From NCBI GenBank assembly GCA_013115125.1, contig JABANN010000023.1, positions 62,001-122,549 on the forward strand: a stretch of DNA of 60,549 nt. The letters run 5' to 3'. Both the position numbers and the translations under genes were made by a program. Source of the stretch: Perkinsus olseni. Its lineage: Eukaryota. The stretch's first letter is position 1. Each line of letters opens with the position of its first letter. This document shows, piece after piece, positions 11,908 through 22,701 of the stretch. The notes under the pieces were generated by a model that worked only from the letters and a program-made list of their open reading frames with translations, was not told the origin of the DNA and made no database searches.

Positions 11908-14900
11908 ATGGCTGGCCTTCCCACTGGCGGCACTTCTGCCATTTACCGAGAGCCTGAGTGGTCCGGGCCGGCCAAACTGCCCATCTATCTCGAGTTCATC
12001 TCGAACGGGCAGGTGACGTGGCAACGAGTGCAGTATCCCGGTCAGCGGGGCTTTGCACAGGTCCTTAGGGAGGTCGATATACGAGATGACAGGAAGTGCT
12101 ACTTCATGTTTGGACGAGACCCGGCCGTGTGCGACATTCCCTTGACTAAATGGGAGCCTCGAAGTTCTCGACATCACGCCGTCCTTCAATTCAAGGAGGT
12201 CCTCAGCCCTTCACGTTCCCTCGATCGATCGTATCCTCGGTAGGGATCGAAGTCTTTCTATTTATACGACTTGAACTCTACCCATGGTACGGTGGTAGAC
12301 GGGAAGAAGATACCACCAGGAGAGGTAAGGTCCTTCCGTTGCCGCTTTGGACCTGCCCTCCTCAGTACTTCGAAGTGCATGTCGGTGACCAAGTACAGTT
12401 CAGCAGCACGGCTCCTAAGCTGACGCTGGTGATTCAGGGCCCGGAGGAGCTCCAGCCTCAAGAGACGGAGGTGAGAAGATCCGTTCGTTTCCAGTCACTT
12501 CTCAGTTGCCATTAGGTTGATCTCGCGGCTTTCCGAGAAGAGGCTCAGTCGGAGCGAGAGGTCGAGCGTCAGCGTCATGAACGCGATCGTGAACGGAGAC
12601 GAGTAGCCTCTGGAATCATACCACATTTCGCCAAACTCCGTGCTTTCAGGCTATGCGGCAACAAGAGCGAGCCGACCGTCGGGCAGACAAGGTGAACCCT
12701 AGAGCATCATCACGTAGTGGGAAGCTCCCCCTGCCTGGCCAGATCGCTGCGGTGGTCGGTGCGGCCGCCCATTCGTCGTCAACGGCACCACCCAGTGCTG
12801 CTTCTACTGGCGGTGTATTCCGCGGAGTAAGAGAGGATGATGGATTGGAGGAAGCCATGGTAAGGCCCACTACCACACCAACCGCTACTCAGCGTATTGG
12901 CCTACCTGTCTTAGATGGAGGCTGATGCTCAAGACGAGCTCACGAAAGGTGGGTATAGCCTCCTCCGACTAAAGATTCCTTCCGACTACTCTCCGACGGC
13001 TGAAGATTCCTTCCGACTACTAAAGATTCCTTCCGATTATTCGACAAAGTTTCTTGGTGTTATCTGCAGAACTTGATGTCTTCGACGAGACCGGCTTACA
13101 GATTGACACTCGTAAGTTGGAGCAACTCCAACTTAACGACAAACAACGTCAGCTCCTCCTCAAGATCGCGGATGTGAGTCTACCATCCCCTCTCCACCGG
13201 GTTCATGTATCATCATTACCTTCAGAAACGACGGAAGCTCGAGAGCAATCGGCAGATGCTGGAGACAGCCCAGATGGAAGCCGGTGGCGGGCCCAGTGAG
13301 TTCTCCCGGCCTTTGTGTAGAAATTGCCTGTATGCCACTAAATAAACTGTATAATACCTGTAACTATGCTAAGGCAGGCTACAAGGCCCACACGAAACCG
13401 CCGCTGGTGCCCGGCAGGTGTTCCTTCATGGCGCAATACGGGAGCCTTTGAAGATGAGGTGGAGAGAATAAAGAGCACACATCAGAAGAAGTCCCAAGGG
13501 GTAAGGATACCCTATCGGGGAGCGCCCGGAGTCGTCACGTCGTCATCTTCAGGATGCCAATAAGTTGTACAACCGAGTGGGCCGAATGGAGTCCGACCTC
13601 CAGACTATGACCGATAATTTGCTCTTGTCTCTCGGCATCAAGAACCCTATGCGGGACCGAATGAAACGGGTAAGGTTCCCCTCAGACGACGTATCACTAG
13701 TCGATAGCTTTGCCGCGAGACACCGATCTCCCGTTTCAGAAAGAGCTCTCGGAGATGTATGACACGGATGTCCTCGGCCTCGACGAAGAGGATGACTACT
13801 ACGACCAGGCCTCGGCGGAAATGCGAGAAAGTTCTCAAGCCGGAGTGAAGCAACCTCATAGTAATCAGCTCAAGACCGGCATGATAGGTAAACTGTGCTC
13901 ACTTGTAGGTGGGGAGACAGGAGAGTACGACGACCTCCCGAGCGTTAATGATGGTGCGGAGACTGCGAAGACCTTAACAGAGAAGAAAAAGGTGTGGTGC
14001 TTGTCGAGAGAGAGGAGGGAGTCATAGCGTCAGGCACTCGTATCATTACTGCGAGAGACGGTAACAGTGGTGCAGCAGAAGGAAGCCCAGATGGCTATGA
14101 AGAAGGCCACGGCTTCCAGGGTGAGAAGGGCTGTTGGTGTGCGTCTCAGGGTCGACGCTTGAAGCTTCAGGCTGACTCCCTCGATTCTTACATGGTTGAG
14201 AACGAGGTGAAGCTGATAGAGGGGGAGAAGGAGGCTGCCGAGAAGCGCGGGCTCGCCATAAAGGAGCGTCTAGAGGGTGAGGAGCCCCGTTACGGAATAG
14301 GGCCACCAGCTGGAGTACAGGTATCACCAAGCTGCTTTCCTTGGCGATGGCTGGCAGCACTTCGGTGGATGAAGTTGAGCAAGCGAAACAGGAGCAGCGG
14401 GAGCTCGAAGCGAAGAGAGCGGCCCGAGCGGAGGCCCTCGCTGCTGCCAAGGCTGCCAGGAAGGAAGAGGCTCAGCTTCGGAAGAAGGCGAGAATACAAG
14501 TGAGCTCTCACCGCAATGCAGTGTCGTGAACATAGCGATTGAGTGAAGGCCCCTTCCGATTCTATATTCGGGTCGGAGCTGGAAGCTGATGACTTGACGA
14601 AAGCTGCGATAAAGAGAAGAGCGGAACTCATGCATCAGCAGCAGCAACAGGTGAATACCAACGCCCGGACACCTTTCGAGTTGCCGCCTAGTAGGCACAT
14701 TAGTTCGAAGAGAGAGGTCTCTTTTTATTCCATTCAGGAGTCGTCAAGCTGGGTACCCGCAGAGGCCGTCAAGATAGATCCTAACGTTGGCGGTTTACAA
14801 GGACAGTCTGGAGGAAGCCTTTTAGACGCAGCCGAAGAGCCCGAGGGAGAAGAGGTATAGAGCAATTCTGATGTGTGCGATGATCCGCAGTCGTGCAGGA

Positions 14901-15030
14901 GGCTGAGGGTGTCCAGTGGCCTGAGATCCCCACACCACAGTATGATGATGCTGCGGAGGAGAGCACCTGGGTGCCGCCCGCTGATAATGACGAGAAGCAG
15001 GAAGCGCTTCGAAAGAAGCTAGGATATTAA
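11908..15030 (+). CDS. SLC4A1AP: Kanadaptin-like FHA-domain protein
   Basis: YREPEWSG start, FHA motifs FGRD / SRHHAVLQ / YLYDLNSTHGT, then QGPEE, DSLDSYM and the C-terminal WVPP...KKLGY* characteristic of kanadaptin. Confidence 0.82.
12962..13039. repeat. Short imperfect tandem repeat in a kanadaptin intron
   Basis: aagattccttccgacta-like unit present three times with variable spacers. Confidence 0.8.
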
Positions 15031-15139
15031 CTCTCCCGCCTGGCTTGAGTTGATCATTTGAGAAGGGGCAAGAACTCGCCCGAGCTTTTGTGAAGAAGCA
15101 CTTTGAAGGCAGTCAGGCTTAAGGGATCTCTAGCTTGAA

Positions 15140-15630
15140 GTACTTTATTCGAATCAGAACCCGGCAACCGGGGGAGTGCTTTCGAAGCGAGTAAGGGGGC
15201 AGCGACGGCAGCGAGTGATGGGTCACGGGAGGCGGACGAGAGTCGTGTAAGGGCTACAAGGCCTCTTTCACTAGCTCGGCATTTACGTTAAAACAGTAAA
15301 AAAAAACCTTAGAACACTGGTAAGATCGTTCCGCTAAAGGGATGAGAAGCGGTGAGTTCACTTGAGTCCTTTAGACCGCCCCGCGAGATCAATCCAGTCT
15401 AATGGGAATCCCATTATGGGATGATAAAATCCCTGCACTGACCTATAAGAACGTGGTTACGAGCAGGATTAGCTGATGATAGTGGTGCCAACATGATCTG
15501 GTTAACAAGGTCATGAAAGCCTACAATGGCACCGCTCATGCAACTACCGGTAGGATTCCTGTGACGATGCAGCCCACAATGGAGTCCGCTGAGTGGTTCA
15601 GGTTAGTGGCCACCGAGAGCTTCATACCAT
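15140..15630 (+). mobile_element. Decayed LTR-retrotransposon integrase remnant
   Basis: After removing a 14-nt scar, RPARSIQSNGMIKSLH*PIRTWLR resembles the rve PQSNG..ER.HR motif. KVMKAYNGTAHATTGRIP resembles the post-core AYN..H.TTG..P motif. Stops and frameshifts are present. Confidence 0.55.
15401..15422. repeat. 22-nt inverted-triplication scar (inferred target aatgggat)
   Basis: aatggga|atcccatt|atgggat = ABCDEFG|revcomp(ABCDEFGH)|BCDEFGH, exact. Confidence 0.9.
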
Positions 15631-15644
15631 GATGAGGTTACATG

Positions 15645-15689
15645 CTTCAGATAATTGTAGATGCGAATCGCATCTACGATTATCTGAAG
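15645..15689. repeat. Long palindrome, 22-bp arms, 1-nt spacer
   Basis: cttcagataattgtagatgcga-a-tcgcatctacgattatctgaag, with one mismatch at a CpG position. Confidence 0.9.
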
Positions 15690-16745
15690 GCGTGGTACAA
15701 TTATCTTCACGAAAACTCCTTCCGTCACAATTTCTTCGAGTGTGGTTGCCCCAACCGTAGACCGAAACGAGTGGCGAGGATCTAAAGAAAGCTAGCGCGC
15801 GCGGAAAGAGAAAACCAGGACGAAGTGGAGTACTCATCGTAACCCCCCGTCAGCCAGGAACCCGGCCCAGGTCGCCCTCCGGGCGACCATCACCCCAGGG
15901 GAGAAGGCCTAGCGTTATAGGAAATAGATTATCCGAGGGTTGGAAGTGTAGTCCCGGCCCGGGACTTGCCAGTGGAAGTGGCTCTGGATATAGTGTGGTA
16001 CGCGAGTCTCTCGTACACAATTTCCTCTGTCGTCGAGAGGAGAAATTGTGTTGAAAAGGAGAAAACTGTGGCAGAAGGAAGAGAATTGTGAGAGAAAAGA
16101 GAATTTAGGGGCAAGAGTGGCGTAGTGTAGGCACAGTCTTATATGTGCCACTCAGTTGCTGTTATGTGTTGTTGGCCGGTGGCACGCGTAGGCAACATTT
16201 GTAGGCAGCAGCGTTATCCCTATCGATCGATCGAGTTATACTCATTTTTGTGGGCTCTTGTCTTGTCCACACTGCGGGAACGGCCATCGAACTACAGAAC
16301 ACCGCCTTCGTCAGATCCTGTCGACCTTTGCGACCCCAGTTGGGTGCCGTGCCTTGCCCCATCTCGGAGGTTTTATCGATCAAAAAAGCTCGACAGGATC
16401 TTCGTGCCGCGCAAGGGTTCAGATTTACGCACAACAGCTATCCCAAGCCGTCTACTACATCTCAAGATCACGAGTAGTCCGAACTCAACATCTTACTCCT
16501 CGTCGTTCTTGAGGTTACTCTCCTTATACTTGAAGCTGAGTGACCCTTGAAACGTGCTTACGGGTTCATCAAGCTCGTGAGGTGAGGTTCCTAATCTTAG
16601 AAACCATCGTCGTGAGGGGTTAGTGAGCGAGGCCATATTGTGCGGAAAGGGCAATATCTGATCGCACGCAGGCATCCTCCTCCGGGAAGACTCCTCCCCT
16701 CCGACGTCGCCTAAACTTGTCCTCGTTGACGACTACGAGCGGAAT

Positions 16746-17224
16746 ATGATTATCGTGGCTTTATTGATGTTCACGGAACTGCTGGAATCCAGCAGCTGGA
16801 TTGTCGTCTCCTCCTGGTCCTTGGATTGGATGTCCTTCCCCTTGGTCTGTACCAAGGTTGGGATGACGGCTACGGCTTCTACTGCAAGATGAATATTAGG
16901 AAATCGACAGATTTGGAAATAGTGGCCGATGTCGAGATCAGTCGCGGCTTTAATAAGGCAAAATGCGTTGATTGCTACTTCGTGTATGGGGTCTGGACAG
17001 AGACCGGTGAGAGGAGTCATGCTGAGGTACATGTTGCTGGTCTGCTGGACTCCGAAGACGTCTCAAAGCCACCCGACGATCCCACCAGTGTCTGCCTGGC
17101 TCAGCTCAGTGAAGTACTCGGAATTGGTTCTAAGTGCCTCTGGTCAGGGTACCCAAAGAATGGTCGTATGATCTTCAAACTCTGCGACACTAGGTTCGAG
17201 CTATTACACTTTAGTCGTCAATAG
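16746..17224 (+). pseudogene. Frameshifted secreted Cys-containing protein, copy 1
   Basis: Signal-peptide-like MIIVALLMFTELL is out of frame with LDVLPLGLYQGWDD...KNGRMIFKLCD. Removing a 14-nt insertion restores one ORF. Paralog of 22702-23150. Confidence 0.7.
16780..16801. repeat. 22-nt inverted-triplication scar (inferred target tgctggat)
   Basis: tgctgga|atccagca|gctggat, exact. The paralog at ~22736 has the single unexpanded tgctggat. Confidence 0.92.
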
Positions 17225-17969
17225 TCTTGCCAATAATTCTGAGCTGTTCTTCATCTGACCGTTGCAGAGCTCTCCGTGTCAACTCCAAACTTCAGGAATT
17301 TTTCATTAGATTTTTATTAATGTTCTCATTTTCATAAAAATTGATCTCTCGGACACATTCTGTCCCGTGTGGTGAAGATTCTGTGTTCCATGCCAGTGGC
17401 TCGTCCGCTGTGGATGACACACATCATTGCCCTTGGGTCTTGCCAGTGGAAAAATACCTATCCAGTCCAATCATTTCAGAGGTTTCGGTGAAGTTCTGCG
17501 TCTTTGGTTAATCGTCATTTCGTCCAAAATAGATGATTCACACCACCACCACACCTTGCGAAAATCGGAGATGCTGCCTGGTCAGCAGCGTTGACTGATG
17601 AGCATGTTGTTTTGGCTCGGGATGGACCATAGAGACAACCACCAGCTAGGGCTTCAGATAGGCTAACCGTCTACCGCGGTAATCACCAGCGTTGCTCAGC
17701 AATGCACCAGGCTGGACCAGCCTGTCAGGTAGTCGGCGCCTTCACTCAATCGCACGCATCCTTATGCATTCGCACCCAGAAGGTGATGAGCGCTGGATAT
17801 CAAGGGTGAAAGAAGCAATCTAGCGGAAGCTCGAGATAGTGTTATCCATAAAACGTTGTAGCGCTGCTAGCTCGCGACACAACTTCATGTCGCTCGAGGC
17901 AGTCATGGGATACCAGCTTTCTTGAATCCCCCCACAGGCTCGCCTTTGTTCTCTCAGTGACTTGTACAC

Positions 17970-17991
17970 CTGTCTAGTAGACAGTGTCTAC
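17970..17991. repeat. 22-nt inverted-triplication scar (inferred target ctgtctac)
   Basis: ctgtcta|gtagacag|tgtctac, exact. Confidence 0.9.
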
Positions 17992-18102
17992 TGTACAACG
18001 CTTGCCTCATTTAAACTCGGACGCGGGAATTCCACGGCAGAACGAAGGGTTGGAAAATTCCGCTTGATATGAGCAATGTGAACTCCTGCACCGTAAGGTA
18101 TA

Positions 18103-18124
18103 CCGGTGACTCACCGGCGGTGAG
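18103..18124. repeat. 22-nt inverted-triplication scar (inferred target ccggtgag)
   Basis: ccggtga|ctcaccgg|cggtgag, exact. Confidence 0.9.
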
Positions 18125-18796
18125 GGAAATGCCGCGAAGCAGAAGGCAGCCCCGGGCAGATATCCAATCTCACTCGCTGTTGATGCTCCGCCGATGAGAA
18201 TTACTGTCGTCGAGTGGATGACGATGCCTTGGAGGAATTAACACTTTGTTGCCCTTACACGCGTTTGGTCATCGAAGTCGAACTTGAGACTCAGTGCTTA
18301 CCATCGCACGTCAGTCTGGGTCCGTTATTAGTGCTCAATCTACCACATGCTCCTCATGAACACAATTCGTCTTCCGGTCTAGACAATCTAGGTATCGGTG
18401 AAAAACGCCTCCTCCGTGTTCATACCGTATCGTTGCGATAGTATCGTAAAATTGAGAGGATGCAGAAGTTGATGAACTTTCCAGCAGAGCGTTTGCAATC
18501 ATGCGACGTCGTGATCTAAGATGATAATAATAATCTGATATCTTAAGAGGGGGCAAGCCCGAGATGCTCCGAAGAGAACCGAACAGCGGCTTCTGCGTGA
18601 GCATAACGGGAATGCAAACATACGAAATGTTTATACATGTTACAGATGCTTGGCTCGAGACTCGAGTAGAACAACTAAATTATTATGGACCTGGCAGTTG
18701 CCAGTAGACGAGGAATCGTTCATGAAACGATGAAAGCACTTGACGGAGACAAAACAAATGACGGTCTCAGACCACCGGTCTCCTCACCGCAGAGCA

Positions 18797-20512
18797 TCAA
18801 GCACTGATACCATCTAGATCTTGAACAGCTGATTCAACAGTCGTTTCATTCTTAGGCTTCCCGTCTCTTGTAAGAAGCCTTTTCCTCTGCAGCCGTCTTT
18901 CCCACGGAGATCCGGCCGTAGCCGAAGTATCGTCGCCTTCTGCCATGATACGCTCATTCATCCTAGCATCAGGTATGAGCCACAAAAAGAGGAGCGACGT
19001 CGTGCTGAGAACAATGAAAATCAGCGATACAATCCATAGGTTGTCGAAGGTGTGAGACTCATCGGCACCGGGTAGACCTCGAGGGGTGACTCCGAAGGGC
19101 TGGCTTATATAACCGGAGATGGGAGGAGTAACGTCATGACTACAATTCGATAAAGACGCCAACAGAGCAAACATAGTAGCCTCCATGTTCTTGGGGCACA
19201 AGTGAGAGAGAATGAGGAATCCTGGCATGAACTGTATCATGGATACCGCAGTAACCAGCGCGGTGCTGCCGACAGCAAAGACATGATCCGGGATGCCGAT
19301 CCGGACGTTGAGCCGTGAAAAGATGATCCGATCACCTAGCTGCATAACAACCAGCATCAGGGTCATCGTCCAATACACCGTACGATACTTCCAGGATTTC
19401 ATGAACTTGCCGAAAGCGAAGACCGCAAGGACAGAACACAGCTGCCCGGCTGTCCCCATGACCGAGCCGTAAAAGATATCGGAGAAATGAGGCCCCGTCG
19501 GGTACTGCTGCTCGTCGTTGGTGAAGAAATAGAGAGATGGGCCACCAACGGATATCATGGTTACTTCTAAAATGGTTCCGAAGAGCATCAGCTTGCCAAT
19601 GACCGGTCGCATTACGGCGAACGCGAACCCAGTAAGGAGTATAACGGTTGAGATTGCGGTCACAAAGGCGACCGTATTCGACTGCGCGGCCAAGGTGAGG
19701 ACAGAATAACCGACGGCAGTTACACCGATCACAACGGAGAGAATGATAATCGGCTTCTCCTTGCTCCAGAGCTGCTGGCGACGAGCTTTGGCTTCTTCTC
19801 TGGCAACAGGACATTCCTCAAAAAAGTTTAACCATGTGGGTATTACGACCGTCGACGAAGTGAAGACCGTAGTAAGTATCGCCCACTGTGAGCCTCCCAG
19901 CCCCCAAATGCCATCAGCGTATTCGACAATGAAGCCGACTAGGGGCGTGGCAAGTAGTCCAAGTAGTTGGTTGCCGGCCCAGACGTAACTGACCAGAGCT
20001 GGTCCTGACTCGGGGACGCCCGCTAGGCGTCGAGAGTACACAGCCTCGGCAAGCAGGTCATACCCCATGAGCTGAATGTCAGCCAAAAATAACCCAACCG
20101 CCCCAGTGGAGGCATTACTATCAACCAGGTTGAGGGATATCACCAGGATCGTACCGCCGAGACCGAGGATGCTCATAATCATCATATAAGGGAGCTTGTG
20201 GTAGCCGAGTATTGGGAATGAGTCGGAGACCACCCCTAACCAGGGTTTCATCGCCCAAGGCATGTCAATGACAGAGACGAAACGGTCTATGTCGGGCCCG
20301 GGTACATTCATAGCTCTAAAGTAGAACCGAGCACTTGAAGCAAGCATCGAAGAACTGTAGCCCTTGGCCCAGTGGATGGTGAAATGCAACATGAGGACAA
20401 GCCTACATCCATAGACCCTGCACAGCATCGTAATGGCCCCGATAATGGGGAGCTTCTTCAGGGAGGACCCTTGAGTTGCCGAGGCCCGAGAAAGAACGGG
20501 GGACTGGGGCAT
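18797..20512 (-). CDS. BT1-family folate/biopterin transporter (MFS), single exon
   Basis: Uninterrupted 571-aa ORF with many TM helices and BT1 motifs MPWAMKPWLGVVSDSFPILGYHKLPY, LCPKNMEATMFALLASLSN and FDNLW. Confidence 0.92.
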   Translation of the reverse strand: MPQSPVLSRASATQGSSLKKLPIIGAITMLCRVYGCRLVLMLHFTIHWAKGYSSSMLASSARFYFRAMNVPGPDIDRFVSVIDMPWAMKPWLGVVSDSFPILGYHKLPYMMIMSILGLGGTILVISLNLVDSNASTGAVGLFLADIQLMGYDLLAEAVYSRRLAGVPESGPALVSYVWAGNQLLGLLATPLVGFIVEYADGIWGLGGSQWAILTTVFTSSTVVIPTWLNFFEECPVAREEAKARRQQLWSKEKPIIILSVVIGVTAVGYSVLTLAAQSNTVAFVTAISTVILLTGFAFAVMRPVIGKLMLFGTILEVTMISVGGPSLYFFTNDEQQYPTGPHFSDIFYGSVMGTAGQLCSVLAVFAFGKFMKSWKYRTVYWTMTLMLVVMQLGDRIIFSRLNVRIGIPDHVFAVGSTALVTAVSMIQFMPGFLILSHLCPKNMEATMFALLASLSNCSHDVTPPISGYISQPFGVTPRGLPGADESHTFDNLWIVSLIFIVLSTTSLLFLWLIPDARMNERIMAEGDDTSATAGSPWERRLQRKRLLTRDGKPKNETTVESAVQDLDGISA

Positions 20513-21129
20513 AGTCGAGAAAAATAGTCAATAACAACACCTGGGCCGAACGCCTACGGCGCCGGGCGGCAGCGAATAATCGACAGACTCAAATCATTGA
20601 CCCTCTTTTGGAAACATATGCAGACTCAGTGGGCGATTCACTTGATGAAAGACGCATTTCCTCTACGTATTCGGCCAAGTCAGGACTTAGCTATAGGACA
20701 CAGCAGAACCATGTGGAGCTAAGGAGGAAAGAGAGCTAAAGCGCGACCTTGGGCGTGAAAGTATGCACTCAGGTACTTGTCTTCACATGATGCGACCGCA
20801 GCTGCTCCGACAGCCAGGCTGATGGTGTCCATTGCTCATTCTCAGTGTACATGGCGCAGCTTCGAATTCAAGTTCTAAGACCAGCTACGAGTGGCTTCGT
20901 GAGGCCCGGAAGTTGGGTGCAAGACAGAGAGGTGTAGTGAGTCCTGTGTTTGCGTGCAGGTGCGTAGCTCGTATAGCCACAGATTCTGTTCTACAGATGC
21001 GACAGCGCAACTTGATGATACCATTCTCTTAGTCCTTGGCCTGGTCCCGAAGCAGCTGGAGGATTGAGAACTCTATGTGACAGCGTCTGAGGTGGACTTA
21101 CTTTGCTTAACCCATGAGAGCAAGCGCCG

Positions 21130-21151
21130 TTTGCGACTCGCAAATTGCAAG
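21130..21151. repeat. 22-nt inverted-triplication scar (inferred target tttgcgag), one mismatch
   Basis: tttgcga|ctcgcaaa|ttgcaag; expected ttgcgag, differing by CpG->CpA. Confidence 0.8.
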
Positions 21152-21489
21152 TACTCATTCGCTAATCACTCGAACGAGCACTGACCGCTGAGGATACTCG
21201 GATAACCCTCGCTCGCGAGGGAAGTGTGTAGACCATTCGGCGCTTTAGAGAACGCCTCTGGGAGCGGTCGAAGGCAAGTTGAGGTCCTGGATCTTTGCGG
21301 TCTACGTTCAGGTCTACTGTCAGACATTGACCGATGCCCTGCTCATTGCCCCGGTAACCGCTGCGCTAAACGATCGGATTCGTTCGTACCCTCGCGGCGT
21401 CACTCCAGGAGACATGATAGAGTTGAAGCCTTCAACTCGAAGGCTAAAGGGAGCACGAATGGCCTTGTGACTCCTCCCCCTCCGAGTTT

Positions 21490-22335
21490 AGCGTGAGCGA
21501 GCGTGAGAGACCATCACTTCCGTGTAGAGTAAGTATCGACGAACTGAACAAAACACTGAACTCTGGAGAAAACACAATCGTGCGTTTCTTTCTGAGATCA
21601 CATCGACTACGTGTGAGGTATTTTGCAATTGTGAACTCTCTACAGCAATGTTAGAACGTGTGCAAGCAATGTCAAGGGCAAAAAACAGGCCAGACGGACT
21701 TGAGAAAGTCTGCCGGGTCAGGAGACGCTCGGAGTCGACGAAACCACCCTTGAATGAGCGATCTGAAGCAGTTATAGACGAGAAGGGTCCGAAGAGCAGG
21801 ATCAGGGTACTGTGCCTTACTCTGCTGGCGTGTAGTACGGCAGCTTCATCAACACCACTGCAGCGATCTGCAGGAGCTCTTCCGGTGGATGATGTCCCTC
21901 CTCGAGGAGCTGCTTCAAACCGTTATACTCAACGAACGTTCGAGCCAGAGCTGCTGATCGCTGAACGATGAGACTCAGGGTTGACAGCGCTAGAGGGGAC
22001 CTCGAAGCAAGTAGAGCCTAAAACATCCAGCTCCGCAACATAACTCGAGAGGCACCCAGAAAACCATGAAAAGTAGCGAGTGATGGGAAGACTGCACAAA
22101 ACTCACTGATTGGATGGGTTGCCAGTCAGCCTCGATGGACTCCTCGATCTTCCTGTCATTTGGCGGTGCCAGCCGGAGGATTAGGGATAACAGTGCGAGG
22201 CTTGGGTAGCTCAAACCTGACGGTACCCCTGCATGAGCCGCAGTCGGAGAGGGGTCGACCCACCTTTAGCGGCGGAACTCTTGCCAAGGACCTCCCGAAA
22301 TACGTAGAGCAAAGGCCCTTCGAGCACTGTGTGAA
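21490..22335 (-). pseudogene. Diverged partial duplicate of the 3' end and downstream flank of the large gene (source ~24210-25106)
   Basis: Collinear similarity, e.g. ctctggagaaaacacaatcgt, gtctgccgggtcaggagacgctcggagtcgacgaaacca and gccagccggaggattagggataacagtgcgaggctt occur in both places. Introns are retained. Confidence 0.9.
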
Positions 22336-22348
22336 CTGTGTGGGCCTC

Positions 22349-22490
22349 CAGGCGGAGACCATGCTTCGGATACGGGTATGACGGAGAAGGGGAGTGTTGT
22401 GGAGGAAGTTGGTGGCGAGACGATTGGCCAGCAGAAGGCGAATAAGACAGAGCGAGAAGAGGGCCGACTTCCGGCAAATGCTCATAGACA
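22349..22490 (+). pseudogene. Displaced copy of a Prp40 exon fragment (source 10126-10269)
   Basis: Near-identical cag-gcgg.gaccatgcttcggatacgggtatgacgga...cggcaaatgctcatagaca with a few substitutions and a 2-nt deletion. Confidence 0.92.
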
Positions 22491-22701
22491 TCGAATTCGA
22501 ACCTTCACACCGGGAGAGTACTTTTCGAACGATTAAAGGGGGCAGCGGCAGCAGCTCGCTGCGGTGATGGATAGAAGCAGGTGAGCGAGAGTCGTGAAAG
22601 GGCGTCTTGTGCGGAAAGGGACAGCAGCTCATGGCACACAACCCTTCTTCTTTCTTCCACGGTTGCCTAGACTCAACCTTGTAGACAACTACGAGTAGAT
22701 T

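Larger units (their letters stand above)
17300..18620 (-). mobile_element. Decayed non-LTR retrotransposon 3' part with RNase H-like remnants
   Basis: Minus-strand fragments in the expected order: LRSISGLPPL (post-RT motif), ILIGGAS, SYQAEF, FWVRMHK../EGADYL (compare IYTDGS, FQAEL, WV.GH, NE.AD.LA). An A-rich tract with AATAAA lies near 17310-17340. Confidence 0.4.

Noticed and set aside
17708-17724. Palindrome caggctgg-a-ccagcctg (similar cases at 43783-43797 and ~18761-18782)
   Set aside because: The third segment of the scar pattern is missing or too degenerate; arms of 8 bp or less can occur by chance.
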